Origin: a bacterium
GTDB lineage: Bacteria; UBA8248
Reading direction: 5' to 3'
Assembly (NCBI GenBank): GCA_965204535.1
Contig: CBDBEV010000001.1
Span: forward strand, 2,432,001 to 2,496,000
Length of the DNA: 64,000 nucleotides
In this document: one piece after another, positions 28,088 through 38,690 of the stretch
How the letters are laid out: every line of letters begins with the position of its first letter
Position numbering within the stretch: the stretch's first letter is position 1
The notes under the pieces: generated by a model
The model's input: the letters and a program-made list of their open reading frames with translations, nothing else
What the model was told of the DNA's origin: nothing
Database searches by the model: none
Position numbers and translations under genes: made by a program

Positions 28088-28881
28088 CCGCCCGCCTCGG
28101 CCAGAAACGCATCCACGGCCGCGTTCCACTCCGTGTGAGAGCGGCGGTAGCTGTAGTGGCCTCCCTCCTCCAGAATCACGAGCTTCGAGCCCGCTATCGC
28201 CTTTTGTAAGTCCTGGGCGAAATAGGGCGGGGTGAGGGCGTCGTCTTTCGCGGCGATGATAAGCGAAGGCTTGTCGATCTTGTGAATCTCGGACGTCCTG
28301 TCGTGGGTGAGCGTCATGTCGAGCCGCGCGGTGATGACGTCCACCGGCGCGATGGTGTCCTTCTGGCGCGCTTCGAGCTCCAGGAGGTTCTCGTACATGT
28401 TCACGAACTGCGTCCACCCGCACGTCCAGAGCGAACTGAACTTGATGTATTCCTCCAGCCCGTAGGCCTCGGCGATCTGCTTGCGCGAGGTCTGGAGGCG
28501 CGTCATGTAGGGGTCCGCCGTCGTCCATGTGTTGGTGAACACGCAGCAGCCTATCCGGTCGGGATAATCGAGCGCCAGGTTCTGCAGAATGCAGCCTCCA
28601 GTTGATGTGCCCGCCACGTGGGCCTTCTCGATTCCCAGCGTGTCGAGCAGGGCGACCGCGTCCTGCGCGATGATGCCTGTGGAGTAGGCGTCCTTGGGCT
28701 TGTCGCTCTCGCCCGTCCCCCGGTGGTCGAAGGTGATGCAGCGGTAACGATCCGAAAAATGGGGCATCTGGAAATCCCAAGCGTCGAGAAGTCCCATCAG
28801 ACCGGGAATGAACAGGAACGCCTCCCCCTCTCCTCGTTCCGCGTAGTTGAGTTGTATATCACCGGCTTGAATGCGTGGCAT
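28084..28881 (-). CDS. Alpha/beta hydrolase, RutD-like
   Basis: FDHRGTGES, GTSTGG elbow, AKDDALTP, GGH. Confidence 0.8.
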   Translation of the reverse strand: MPRIQAGDIQLNYAERGEGEAFLFIPGLMGLLDAWDFQMPHFSDRYRCITFDHRGTGESDKPKDAYSTGIIAQDAVALLDTLGIEKAHVAGTSTGGCILQNLALDYPDRIGCCVFTNTWTTADPYMTRLQTSRKQIAEAYGLEEYIKFSSLWTCGWTQFVNMYENLLELEARQKDTIAPVDVITARLDMTLTHDRTSEIHKIDKPSLIIAAKDDALTPPYFAQDLQKAIAGSKLVILEEGGHYSYRRSHTEWNAAVDAFLAEAGG

Positions 28882-28898
28882 GACTTCTCCTTATCGGT

Positions 28899-29912
28899 TT
28901 ATTCGTTCTCGTCGTTCAGGATTTCAGCCACCTCCACCCGGCGTCCCTCTTTCGCGGAGCGTACGCCCGCTCGGATGACGGCGAGTGAGGATGTGGCGGC
29001 ATCGCCTTCCATCTCGGGCGCAGCACCTCCGCAAACGGCGTCCGCGAACTCCTCAAGTTCCTCCTTGATGGTGTCGTTTTTCTCGCACGCCACCGCTTGA
29101 GGCGCCTTCTCGCCCCGGTAGAGGACGCGCAGGCCGTCGAAGAGCGTGTAGTAGGCCGTGGCCGTCTTCCCGTAGATGTTCATGAGGTAGTACTCGGACG
29201 CCGAGGCGTAGCTCGCCGTCAGGTTCGAGATGGCGCCCGACTCGTGCTCGAGGATCAGGTTCGCCACGTCGGGGTTGTCACCGGGCAGGACGAGTTGCGC
29301 CGTGCGGCCCGAGACGGCGGCGATGGGACCCATGATGTAGGTCAGCACGTCGGCGTAGTGGATACCGATCTGGAGCATGACGCCGCCCGGCATGGCGTCA
29401 GCCTGGTAGCGCCAGTGGCCGAGTTCGAACTGGCCCTCCCTGTCCCTGCTGATGTTGCACTCCGCCTGCACGAGCCTGCCGAATTCGCCCGCGTCTATCT
29501 TCTCCCTGATCCATCGGAAGTGGTTCTCCCGCCGCCTCTGGTAGCCGATGGCGAGCACCACGCCCGCCTCCGCGCAAGCTCGGGTGAGCGCCTTGCCGTC
29601 GGAGACGGTGTGGGCGATGGGTTTGTCCAGAAAAACGTGCTTGCCCGCCTCGGCCGCCGCTTTCGTGGATTCCAGATGCACGTGGTTCGGCGTGGTGTTG
29701 ATGACGGCCTCGATAGAGTCGTCCGCCAGAATTTCCTCATAGCTCCCCGCCGGCTCGCAGCCGTATTTTTTGGCGAAGGCCGTGCGCTTGTCTTCCGAGC
29801 GCGTGAAGCAGGCGGCGATCTCGATTTTGTCGGTTCTGCCGACCGCGTCGGCCAGAACGTCCGACCACCAGCCCATGCCGAGCGAGGCCACCCTCAGGGG
29901 TTTGGAACTCAT
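28899..29912 (-). CDS. Gfo/Idh/MocA oxidoreductase
   Basis: GMGWWS, TPNHVH, GKHVFLDKP, GGVMLQIGIH. Confidence 0.9.
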   Translation of the reverse strand: MSSKPLRVASLGMGWWSDVLADAVGRTDKIEIAACFTRSEDKRTAFAKKYGCEPAGSYEEILADDSIEAVINTTPNHVHLESTKAAAEAGKHVFLDKPIAHTVSDGKALTRACAEAGVVLAIGYQRRRENHFRWIREKIDAGEFGRLVQAECNISRDREGQFELGHWRYQADAMPGGVMLQIGIHYADVLTYIMGPIAAVSGRTAQLVLPGDNPDVANLILEHESGAISNLTASYASASEYYLMNIYGKTATAYYTLFDGLRVLYRGEKAPQAVACEKNDTIKEELEEFADAVCGGAAPEMEGDAATSSLAVIRAGVRSAKEGRRVEVAEILNDENE

Positions 29913-30003
29913 TGTTGGTATGACTCCTTATATAAGCAGATTGGAAAGATGAATCATGTTTTTCCGGGTATCCTGAAAAGCGGCACGAAGCAATGCCCTG
30001 TAA

Positions 30004-30441
30004 TCAGAAAGAAGCGCCCACGGCTTCCACGGCCACGCGCGCGATGGCTTCGTCCTGCTCCCAGTCGCCCCCGCTCACGCCGATGCCGCCCAGACACTCG
30101 CCCTCATAGAGAATCGGGAACCCGCCCTCCATCGCCGTCCATCGATCGGGACCCGCGGCGAGGGCCAAGCCCAAGGCGTGTGCGGTGTCGAGATGCTGCG
30201 CCTGCGCGCCCTGCGTGGTGGTGGGCCGCTTGTTCGAGGCCGAACAGACCGCCTTGGTGGTGGATGAGTGAACGGTATGAAAGCGCCCGCCGTCCATGCG
30301 CTCGAGCAGGACGAGGTGTCCGCCCGCGTCGGCGATGGCCACAGTGACGGGGATGCCGAACTCCTCCGCCTTGGCGATGGCGGCGGCCATCATCTGCTTG
30401 GCTCCCTTGGTGGTGAGTCGATGGGTACGGGCGAATGGCAT
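30004..30441 (-). CDS. GlcG/HbpS-family heme-binding protein
   Basis: VAIADAGG, ERMDG, GGFPI, GGIGVSG...D. Confidence 0.88.
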   Translation of the reverse strand: MPFARTHRLTTKGAKQMMAAAIAKAEEFGIPVTVAIADAGGHLVLLERMDGGRFHTVHSSTTKAVCSASNKRPTTTQGAQAQHLDTAHALGLALAAGPDRWTAMEGGFPILYEGECLGGIGVSGGDWEQDEAIARVAVEAVGASF

Positions 30442-30615
30442 GTGTACATCTCCTGTATCTGTGGGCTACCCGTGAAGCGAGCGAAATTTTCCTCTTTTAA
30501 CAATTCATCCGTCTTTTGTCGACGATTCGGGTCTTGCGTCCGCACAGCCCTTGCGACGGAGTAAAGCCTACTCCATGATGCGCGCACTCGAAACTTTGAG
30601 AGATGGGAGAATCCG

Positions 30616-31389
30616 GTGTCAGGCGTCGTTTCGTTCATCGAAGATATTGCCCGCAAGGCGGGCGCGCGCGCGGTGGAGTTGTTCGGTCGCGTGGAGGCCG
30701 AAGCCAAGGGGCGCAGCATCGTCTCGCGCGCCGACAGGGAGGTGGAGTGCATCATCATCGAGGCGATTCGCGCGGCGTATCCTGATGATCCCATCCTGGC
30801 GGAAGAGAGCGGTGCGAGCGGCGCGGACGGTATCGGCCCAAACACCCGCTGGTGGGCGATAGACCCCATCGACGGCACGGGCCCCTATCTCAAGGGACTT
30901 CCCTTCTGGGCGGTGTCCATCGCGTGTCTGAGAGGCTCGCGCGTCGAGGCGGGCGTCGTCCACATGCCCGCGATGGGGGAGACCTTCACGGCGGCGGCTT
31001 CAGGTGCCGCGATGCGAAACGGCGCGCCGCTGCCGCAAGTCGGCCAGGAAGTACCCACCGCGCATGATTATCTCTTCGTCCCCTGCGGCGTGGTAGAAGG
31101 CCTTTCGCATCGCTACCCCGGGCGCTTTCTGGCGCTGGCCTCCGCCGCCTGCCATATCTGCCTCACGGCGGCGGGTTCGGCATTCGGTACGCTGATGGAG
31201 CCGATACGCGCCTATGACTTCGCCGCCGCGGCGCTCATCTGCGAGTGCGCAGGGGGTGCTGTGCGCTATCTCTCGGGAGCGGAGATCGACTACGCTGCCC
31301 TGGCCGACGGACGCCGCGCGCCGAAACCCATCCTCGCCGCGCCTGCGGCGCAAATCGACTGGCTGAGAGAGTATGTGTTCTGGGACTAG
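30616..31389 (+). CDS. Inositol monophosphatase family protein
   Basis: ADREVE, LAEES, WAIDPIDGT, YDFAAAALI...AGG. Confidence 0.88.
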   Translation: MSGVVSFIEDIARKAGARAVELFGRVEAEAKGRSIVSRADREVECIIIEAIRAAYPDDPILAEESGASGADGIGPNTRWWAIDPIDGTGPYLKGLPFWAVSIACLRGSRVEAGVVHMPAMGETFTAAASGAAMRNGAPLPQVGQEVPTAHDYLFVPCGVVEGLSHRYPGRFLALASAACHICLTAAGSAFGTLMEPIRAYDFAAAALICECAGGAVRYLSGAEIDYAALADGRRAPKPILAAPAAQIDWLREYVFWD

Positions 31390-31469
31390 TAGGGACAGGT
31401 CGCGACCTGTCCCTACGGGTTCGATTCGAAACGCGGGAGATGCGTAGGGGCGACCCCCTGTGGTCGCCC
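31389..31469. repeat. GTAG-family REP cluster between convergent genes
   Basis: Perfect 28-bp palindrome GTAGGGACAGGTCGCGACCTGTCCCTAC (31389-31416) and GTAGGGGCGACC-CCCTGT-GGTCGCCC (31444-31469). Confidence 0.8.
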
Positions 31470-31475
31470 GATTGC

Positions 31476-32279
31476 CTACATCCACATGCCCGCGCGCTGC
31501 ATCATCTGGTCGAGCTGGAAGTTCACTCTATACGCACACTCGAACGGCGTGGTGTGGCCCGCGCCGTCCACCAACTCGATGACGGAGTCGCTCAGCCCCT
31601 CGTGCAGGGCGGTCATCTGCGCGTGCGGCACCAGTGCATCGCCCGTGCCGCCGAACACCACGCAGGGAACGGCGATTTCGCCGAGGCGCGGCGTCAACTC
31701 CTCGCGCCTCCTGAGCGCGTCGATGAGCAAGGCGATGGAATCGGGAACCTGGGAGAGCACGACCTTCTCCGTCGCCTCGATTTCGAGCGGGTGGGAGGCG
31801 ATGTAGTCGGGCGCGAACAGGCTCTCGATGAAGTGCCCGGCGAAGCCGGCCATTCCCTCGTCGATGACGGTCTGCATGTGCTGCAGCCGCACCTTCTTCC
31901 CTTCTTCGGTATCCGCCGTCGCCCGGGTGCTGATGAACCCGCACGCGCGCACCCGGAGCGGGTGGCGCAGCACCATCTCGAGCAGGATGTAGCCGCCCAG
32001 GGAAAAGCCCGCCACGGCGGCGGCGTTTATGTCGAGCGCGCCCAGAAAAGCCGCCATGTCGTCGGCCATCATCGCGACCGAGATGGGGCCGCCCGAATGC
32101 GGCGTGCACCCCATGCCGCGCAGGTCGGGGACTAGGAGGCGGTAGCTTCTCTGCAGCGCTTCGACCTGGCGGTCCCAAATGGTGTGATCCAGCGAAAAGC
32201 CGTGCAGGAGCAGGAGCGGCGGCCCGCTCCCCGATTCCTGGTAGGCGATATCGATTCCGTTCACGGATACGGTTTTCAT
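31476..32279 (-). CDS. Alpha/beta hydrolase (PcaD-like)
   Basis: LLHGF, PDLRGMG, GFSLGG, GTGDALVP, GAGH. Confidence 0.88.
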   Translation of the reverse strand: MKTVSVNGIDIAYQESGSGPPLLLLHGFSLDHTIWDRQVEALQRSYRLLVPDLRGMGCTPHSGGPISVAMMADDMAAFLGALDINAAAVAGFSLGGYILLEMVLRHPLRVRACGFISTRATADTEEGKKVRLQHMQTVIDEGMAGFAGHFIESLFAPDYIASHPLEIEATEKVVLSQVPDSIALLIDALRRREELTPRLGEIAVPCVVFGGTGDALVPHAQMTALHEGLSDSVIELVDGAGHTTPFECAYRVNFQLDQMMQRAGMWM

Positions 32280-32585
32280 TGCGCGCTCCCATCGTGTCTG
32301 AACCGGCTCAAGACGCCGAGTTGTTTTTAGAGGCCACGATTCTAGCACAGCAAGGAAAGCGCCGGAACGCGGGGAGAGGGCGGGGGGAGAGCTAGATGAG
32401 GTTCGAGGCGCATTTTTAATGAATGCTCACTGTTTTTCAGTATTCTATTTTGCAAGGTATAGTTTTCATATTCTTTGTAGTTGCTCTCGAAAGACAGCGT
32501 TCGAATATAATTTGCTCCTCGTGTTGTTGCTGCAACTGCGCCGAGTTGGGGTGACAATTTAGAAGCAAACTTTAGGAGACTTTAT

Positions 32586-33866
32586 ATGAGTCGTGCTGCA
32601 AGAAAATTAGCAAACCTTTCCGACAAGCATCTTTTTGAAGAAATTTCAGAAGGAATTTCTCATATTGTTGAAAATGCAGTGAGCCTTAATAAGGCGGCTA
32701 TTTCTCTATATGAAGCAGAAGAATTTCGTGCTTCCGAGATTCTCCATAGTTATGCTGAAGAGGAAGCGGCGAAGGTTTTAATTCTAATAGATCTAGTACG
32801 TTGCCCACGGAATAATCAGCCTGAGAGAGTCGAAACATTGGAATGCTTCTATGATCACCTCGCAAAAATAATTTATGCCAAGATGTGTTCCTACCATATC
32901 AATTCTTTTGAGGAAGCGCGTCAAATAATCGAAATTGATCGTCGCCCATTCTACCTAGATGGACCCAGAGATGTAGACTGGATTTTTCCAAACTCCATTA
33001 AATCGGCAAGAGAAAATTTAATTTATGTCGATTATGTTCAAGACATTACCGAAGAGAACAACTCATATTTCTGGAACTATCCATTCCATTCTGATCTGCC
33101 TCGGTTTGGTTATTTTACTCCCGCTTCAGTCGATGTTGCCCAGGCTATTTGTAATGTCGGAGCAAGCACCCCAAAAGGCTTGGCCATCATTGCGGATATT
33201 TGGAGAGGTTTCGAGCCAACACCGGAAACCTCCAATGAAGATTTGAAAAACCTTAAAACCAGCACGCTGGAGCGCCTGAATGAGGAAGAGCTTTATTCTT
33301 CTTATGATTCCGATGGACAAGAAATAATGGCCAACTGGTCATTTCCTCTTTGGCCACTGAAGATACGATTGCAGCAGGAAGAAAAGAAAAACCTAAAAAA
33401 ACTGCATCGTGATTTGCGCCGTCAGCGAGAGGATCGGATTCGATGGATTGAGGAAACGGAGGCGAAGAGAGACCCGCCGCCAATAATCTCGCGCGAAAAA
33501 GTCGAGGCACTCAGCGAGGCATATGGTGAATGGAAAATCGAAAGAGACGAGAAAGAAATGATTACAGAACCTAATAGCAAAATTAGTAAAATTCGTATCT
33601 TGGCGGATAGCAAAAAATTTTCTTCGTTCAAAAAAATTGAAAAAATGTTTCTGGAGTTAACAGAAGAAGAGCGCATCGGCTTACTTGCACTTGCATGGTT
33701 CACTAGAGATAGAATTGCCAACTGGCCAAACGTCTATGAGCGTGCTCGCACGATGATTGAAAGCTTAGACTTCAATTATCAGATTGGGCTTGGTAATAAA
33801 TGGCTAAAGGGATTTGAAAGATGGGAAGAGAAACCGAGTGGTTTTCAGCCAGGTCAGCTTTATTGA
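32586..33866 (+). CDS. AbiV-family (HEPN) protein with C-terminal DUF3775-like domain
   Basis: AEEEAAKVLIL, FYDHLAK, RENLIYVD; C-terminal LTEEERIGLLALAWFTR; visibly AT-rich versus neighbours. Confidence 0.65.
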   Translation: MSRAARKLANLSDKHLFEEISEGISHIVENAVSLNKAAISLYEAEEFRASEILHSYAEEEAAKVLILIDLVRCPRNNQPERVETLECFYDHLAKIIYAKMCSYHINSFEEARQIIEIDRRPFYLDGPRDVDWIFPNSIKSARENLIYVDYVQDITEENNSYFWNYPFHSDLPRFGYFTPASVDVAQAICNVGASTPKGLAIIADIWRGFEPTPETSNEDLKNLKTSTLERLNEEELYSSYDSDGQEIMANWSFPLWPLKIRLQQEEKKNLKKLHRDLRRQREDRIRWIEETEAKRDPPPIISREKVEALSEAYGEWKIERDEKEMITEPNSKISKIRILADSKKFSSFKKIEKMFLELTEEERIGLLALAWFTRDRIANWPNVYERARTMIESLDFNYQIGLGNKWLKGFERWEEKPSGFQPGQLY

Positions 33867-33944
33867 CCATGACAGATTAGAAACAGTTCCAACTTAGGTG
33901 GGAGCATAAGCCCCTAATAAATCTTCAATCATCTCCTTGCCAAC

Positions 33945-35186
<1,242 letters not shown>

Positions 35187-35322
35187 GTCTTCTCCAGACG
35201 ATTCAAGGTGTGTCTCATGAACCACCGATCTTGGCGGGCGGGCGGCTCCGTGTCAACAATTGCGCCGAGAAGAGTTTTTTTGTTACTCATGCAGAAGATT
35301 TGGTGGTATGTAATGATTCGTT

Positions 35323-36072
35323 TTGGTTGAAAGCGTTTCATCGCCCGCAAAAGGAAAACCCGAGTTGAACGGCAAGACGAAAATCCTGTGGACGGCGGGG
35401 CTGTGCCTGCTGGCGGCGGCCCTGCTCGCCTACCTCTTCTGGGGGCAGATAGACGACGCCTGGGCGTACCTTGTGAAGCTCCAGGACAAGAAAGAGAGGT
35501 TCAGGGACTGGATTTACTCTTTCGGCCCCTGGGGGCCGGCCGTGTTCGTCGGCGTGCAGGTGCTCCAGGTGGTCTTCTCCCCCATACCCGGTGAGTTGAC
35601 GGGCTTTCTGGGCGGCTACGTCTACGGCGCGCTCACAGCGACGATCCTGAGCACCATCGGCCTGACGATAGGCAGTTTCCTCGCGTTCTATATCGGGCGG
35701 AAGCTCGGGCGTCCCTTCGTGGAAAAACTCATACCACCCAAAATTCTCGATAAATTCGACTTCCTCATCACGAACAGGGGCGCGTTTCTCGCCTTCGTCT
35801 TTTTCTCGATTCCCGGCTTCCCCAAGGACTACATGTGCTACCTCCTGGGTCTGAGTCCGCTCAGGACGCTTACGTTCGTGATCATCGCGTGCCTCGGCAG
35901 AATCCCCGGCACCATCATGCTGGGGGTCCAGGGGGCGGGGATGTACGAGGAGCAATACGGCTTGGTGGTCGCGCTTCTCATCGTCGCCGTGATGGCCGGG
36001 GCGGCGGCGGTCTACTTCCAGGAGCCTCTGAGAGAATGGCTCAAGGAAAAGGCCGGCCGGGGTGAGACGTAA
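35323..36072 (+). CDS. TVP38/TMEM64 (DedA/VTT) membrane protein
   Basis: LQVVFSPIPGE, GGYVYG, IPGFPKD, GRIPG. Confidence 0.88.
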   Translation: MVESVSSPAKGKPELNGKTKILWTAGLCLLAAALLAYLFWGQIDDAWAYLVKLQDKKERFRDWIYSFGPWGPAVFVGVQVLQVVFSPIPGELTGFLGGYVYGALTATILSTIGLTIGSFLAFYIGRKLGRPFVEKLIPPKILDKFDFLITNRGAFLAFVFFSIPGFPKDYMCYLLGLSPLRTLTFVIIACLGRIPGTIMLGVQGAGMYEEQYGLVVALLIVAVMAGAAAVYFQEPLREWLKEKAGRGET

Positions 36073-36165
36073 GGCGAATCAAGGGCGGCCACACACCGAA
36101 TCACATAATCAGGGAATTTTTCCAAAGCCCCCATTGCCGTAATTCGGCGGCAATCCCTGCCCTTG

Positions 36166-37047
36166 TCACACGCCCAGATAGAGCAGGAGCAGGGGGGTAG
36201 AGATCAAGCTCAGCGCCGTGCCCGTGAACACGATGGAGGCGGCGAGCGACCCCTCATCCCCATAGCGTTCGGCGAAGATGTAGTTCAGCACGGCGGGCGG
36301 ACTGCACGACATTAAAAAGAGCGCCGCGCGGAACGCGCCCGTGAGCGCGAAGGCTTCCGAAAGCACCCATGCGAGCGCGAAGCCGAGCCCGAATCTGAGC
36401 GCCGCCACCAGGAGGCTGATTCTGAAATCAGACGCCCGGATGGAGCGGAGCCGGTAGCCAAGCGTGAAGAGTTCCACCGGGAACATCCCGCGTCCGGTCA
36501 GGTGGGAGAAGCGCAGGATGAACTTGGGCACGGGAATCGCCGCCATCGCCACGATGATGCCCAAAATCGCCGCGTAGAGGGCGGGCATCTTGAGGGGCTC
36601 CCTGACGCTCGCGCCGCCGCCGTAGGCCATGATCCCCAGCGTGAAGGAGATGAAGATGTTCGGGATGGAGAGCAGCACCACGTACGCCAGACCCTCCTCG
36701 CCGAATGCCAGAAGCGCCAGGGGATAGGGCAGCGAGACGGAGTTCATGAGCATCACGCTGGGCACGAAGGGGCGCTGCGTCATGCCCGCCCAGCGCTTGA
36801 CGGCCAAGGCGACGGCGGCTGGAACGATGTGTATCAGCGTCGAGATGACGCCCGTCTTGATGAGTTCCTCCCAGAGGATATCCTGTCGCGCCAGGGCGTC
36901 GAACACCACGGCGGGGGCGAGCAGGAACAGGACAAGTTCGGCCAGCACTTTGGGGTCGAGTTTTTTCCAGCGGCCGTAGAGGAAGCCGACCCCGATCACG
37001 GCCATGACCGGAAAGACGATGTTCAAAAGCGGCAATATGGAAGACAT
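36166..37047 (-). CDS. AEC-family transporter
   Basis: About 10 TM; LFTLGYRL, SPPAVLNYIFAERY. Confidence 0.85.
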   Translation of the reverse strand: MSSILPLLNIVFPVMAVIGVGFLYGRWKKLDPKVLAELVLFLLAPAVVFDALARQDILWEELIKTGVISTLIHIVPAAVALAVKRWAGMTQRPFVPSVMLMNSVSLPYPLALLAFGEEGLAYVVLLSIPNIFISFTLGIMAYGGGASVREPLKMPALYAAILGIIVAMAAIPVPKFILRFSHLTGRGMFPVELFTLGYRLRSIRASDFRISLLVAALRFGLGFALAWVLSEAFALTGAFRAALFLMSCSPPAVLNYIFAERYGDEGSLAASIVFTGTALSLISTPLLLLYLGV

Positions 37048-37169
37048 GCGTATCTCGAGAATCCTCTTCGTTCCGGAAAGAGGCTGAGTATACATACCGC
37101 TCTCTTGGGTGGCCACCCCGGTGGGGTGGCTGCCTCGCCGGGCGGGCGCTCAAGGCGAGACGGGCTTGC

Positions 37170-37360
37170 GGGGCTGTTGAAAAGCCTCCCCGCGCTCGGA
37201 AATGATTGCCGGAATGACAATCAAAAGCGCATCCACCCGTAGGGGCGGCCCCCTGTGGCTGTCCTGCCCCCGTGGCTACGCTTCGTAGGGACAGGCACGG
37301 GGGCCTGTCCCTACAGACCCTTTGCTTGCAGGGTGCTGTGCGGACTTTTTCAACAGCCTC
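37170..37360. mobile_element. MITE-like element (copy B) carrying GTAG-REPs
   Basis: GGGGCTGTTGAAAAG / TTTTTCAACAGCCTC ends with TTGC direct repeat on both sides; GTAG REPs 37239-37314 inside. Confidence 0.75.
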
Positions 37361-37500
37361 TTGCAGGCATCTTTCGTCTTTGCGGGCGCGCGCCGCTTGA
37401 GCCGGGAAGAATTTGCGCAAGGACGCGGGGACGCGGTAGCCTGCGGGCGGATTCTCGTTGCTTCAATACGCCATGCCATACATTTTCTTGGGAGTGAAAC

Positions 37501-37938
37501 ATGCCGAAAGTCGATCACCTGGGCTACGCCGTGAGCAATCTCGATGAGAAGAAAAACGTGATGGAGGATTTGCTGGGCTTCCAGTTTTTGGAGAGAAGGG
37601 TGTATGAGCGGCCCGGCAACACCGCTCGCCTCGATTTCTATGAGGTCGAAGGCGCGGTGATGGAACTCGTGGAGATGAGCGACCCCGAGGCGCCGCTCAA
37701 CCGGTTCATCGCCTCACGCGGCGAGGGACTGCACCATATCTGTTTTGTCGTAGATGACCTGAGGGCCACGATGGCCGAATGGGAGGCCAAGGGAGTCGAG
37801 TTCGTCCTCGCCCCCACTTACGGCTCGCGCGGCGGGGTCATCACCTTCACGAACGCGGCGACCACGGGCGGCCTCGCGGTGGAACTGGTGCAGTACGTCC
37901 CCGAAGGAGAGGAGGTTCCCGACTGGGCGCAGAAGTAA
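37501..37938 (+). CDS. VOC family protein, methylmalonyl-CoA epimerase-like
   Basis: VDHLGYAV, MELVE, RGEGLHHICFVVDD, GGLAVELVQ. Confidence 0.8.
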   Translation: MPKVDHLGYAVSNLDEKKNVMEDLLGFQFLERRVYERPGNTARLDFYEVEGAVMELVEMSDPEAPLNRFIASRGEGLHHICFVVDDLRATMAEWEAKGVEFVLAPTYGSRGGVITFTNAATTGGLAVELVQYVPEGEEVPDWAQK

Positions 37939-38123
37939 GGAAGCGCCATTCGCATAACCCGCACCACGCGCCCGGCTTGCCTGCAAGTAGAGAAAAGACG
38001 TGCTCGCGGTGCGGGTATGCGGCCTGCCCGGGGAGAAGGGATTATATGTACCTTCTTATACTTTGGATGACGCGGGGTTGATGAAAGAATTCGCCAAGCC
38101 CGAACGAAAGCCTCATTTTTCGC

Positions 38124-38152
38124 TTGACAAGCAAGGTCTAATCCCCCACTAT
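38124..38152 (+). promoter_or_regulatory. Sigma70-like promoter facing the structured non-coding locus
   Basis: TTGACA-N17-CACTAT; predicted +1 falls at the start of an 18-bp inverted repeat. Confidence 0.55.
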
Positions 38153-38157
38153 TTTAC

Positions 38158-38690
38158 TTGGCATACAATCCACGTGTGGTCGATCTCACGGGCTGCCCGC
38201 TGAATACAAGACGACTCTTCCTGAGAGTTGAAATAGGCGGGAACCCACATTTCTTCCAAAACGTGGATTGTATGCCAACCAGCCCGTATTTCATCCGTCG
38301 GTTCGGGTGAATCAATCCGCGTGTGGATTGGGAAGGATTGTATGGGTCGAGCTAGTTCATGATTAACACACCTATCTAAACCATATAAGGGCGGCTTTTT
38401 CAGGAAACTGATGACAGGAATGCACTGTAGCAAAAAATGACCGGTTGGTCAAGTAGGGAAGCCGGTTGCCGCGCCGTAGGTGAAGAAGCGGTGCCGGTTT
38501 CTAGCGGCGGCCGGAAAGGGGCAACGGGGCGGGTTTCAAAAGCGCCTCCGGAGCTCAGGCAAGAAGATGAAGAATTTGGGGGTTACTCATTAGCTGCTTG
38601 ACCTCGTGGAGTAGCGAGTACCGTTCCGGGTTCGAGTTGGGTCCTCAGACCCGCAACGGGAATAATGAGTAACCCCCTCCTTCTTTCATC
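38158..38690 (+). ncRNA. Candidate structured ncRNA(s), family unknown
   Basis: 18-bp perfect IR 38158-38175/38261-38278; 15-bp perfect IR 38578-38592/38663-38677; nested stems with G.U pairs on + strand; no credible ORF. Confidence 0.45.
38424..38452 (-). promoter_or_regulatory. Minus-strand sigma70-like promoter overlapped by RutR-like palindrome
   Basis: TTGACC-N17-TACAGT with extended TG; ATGACCGGTTGGTCAA (38437-38452) matches TTGACCAnnTGGTCAA at 12/14. Confidence 0.55.

Noticed and set aside
29982-29997. Second sigma54 promoter (CGGCACG...TGC)
   Set aside because: GG-GC spacing is off and it faces opposite to the local genes
38149-38433. 94-aa minus-strand ORF as a gene
   Set aside because: Start lies within the predicted promoter, no RBS, no recognisable motif
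38445-38530. Cobalamin riboswitch or SRP RNA
   Set aside because: Only fragments match (AGGGAAGCCGGT; GGCCGGAAAGGG); B12 box and SRP helix-8 loop are absent
38578-38677. tRNA, Y RNA or hammerhead ribozyme
   Set aside because: GGTTCGAG lacks a paired T-stem; minus-strand CTGAGGA lacks the GAAA/stem arrangement
38158-38690. Retron msr-msd or group II intron
   Set aside because: No reverse transcriptase in the window; the 38458-38501 hairpin is not a convincing domain V
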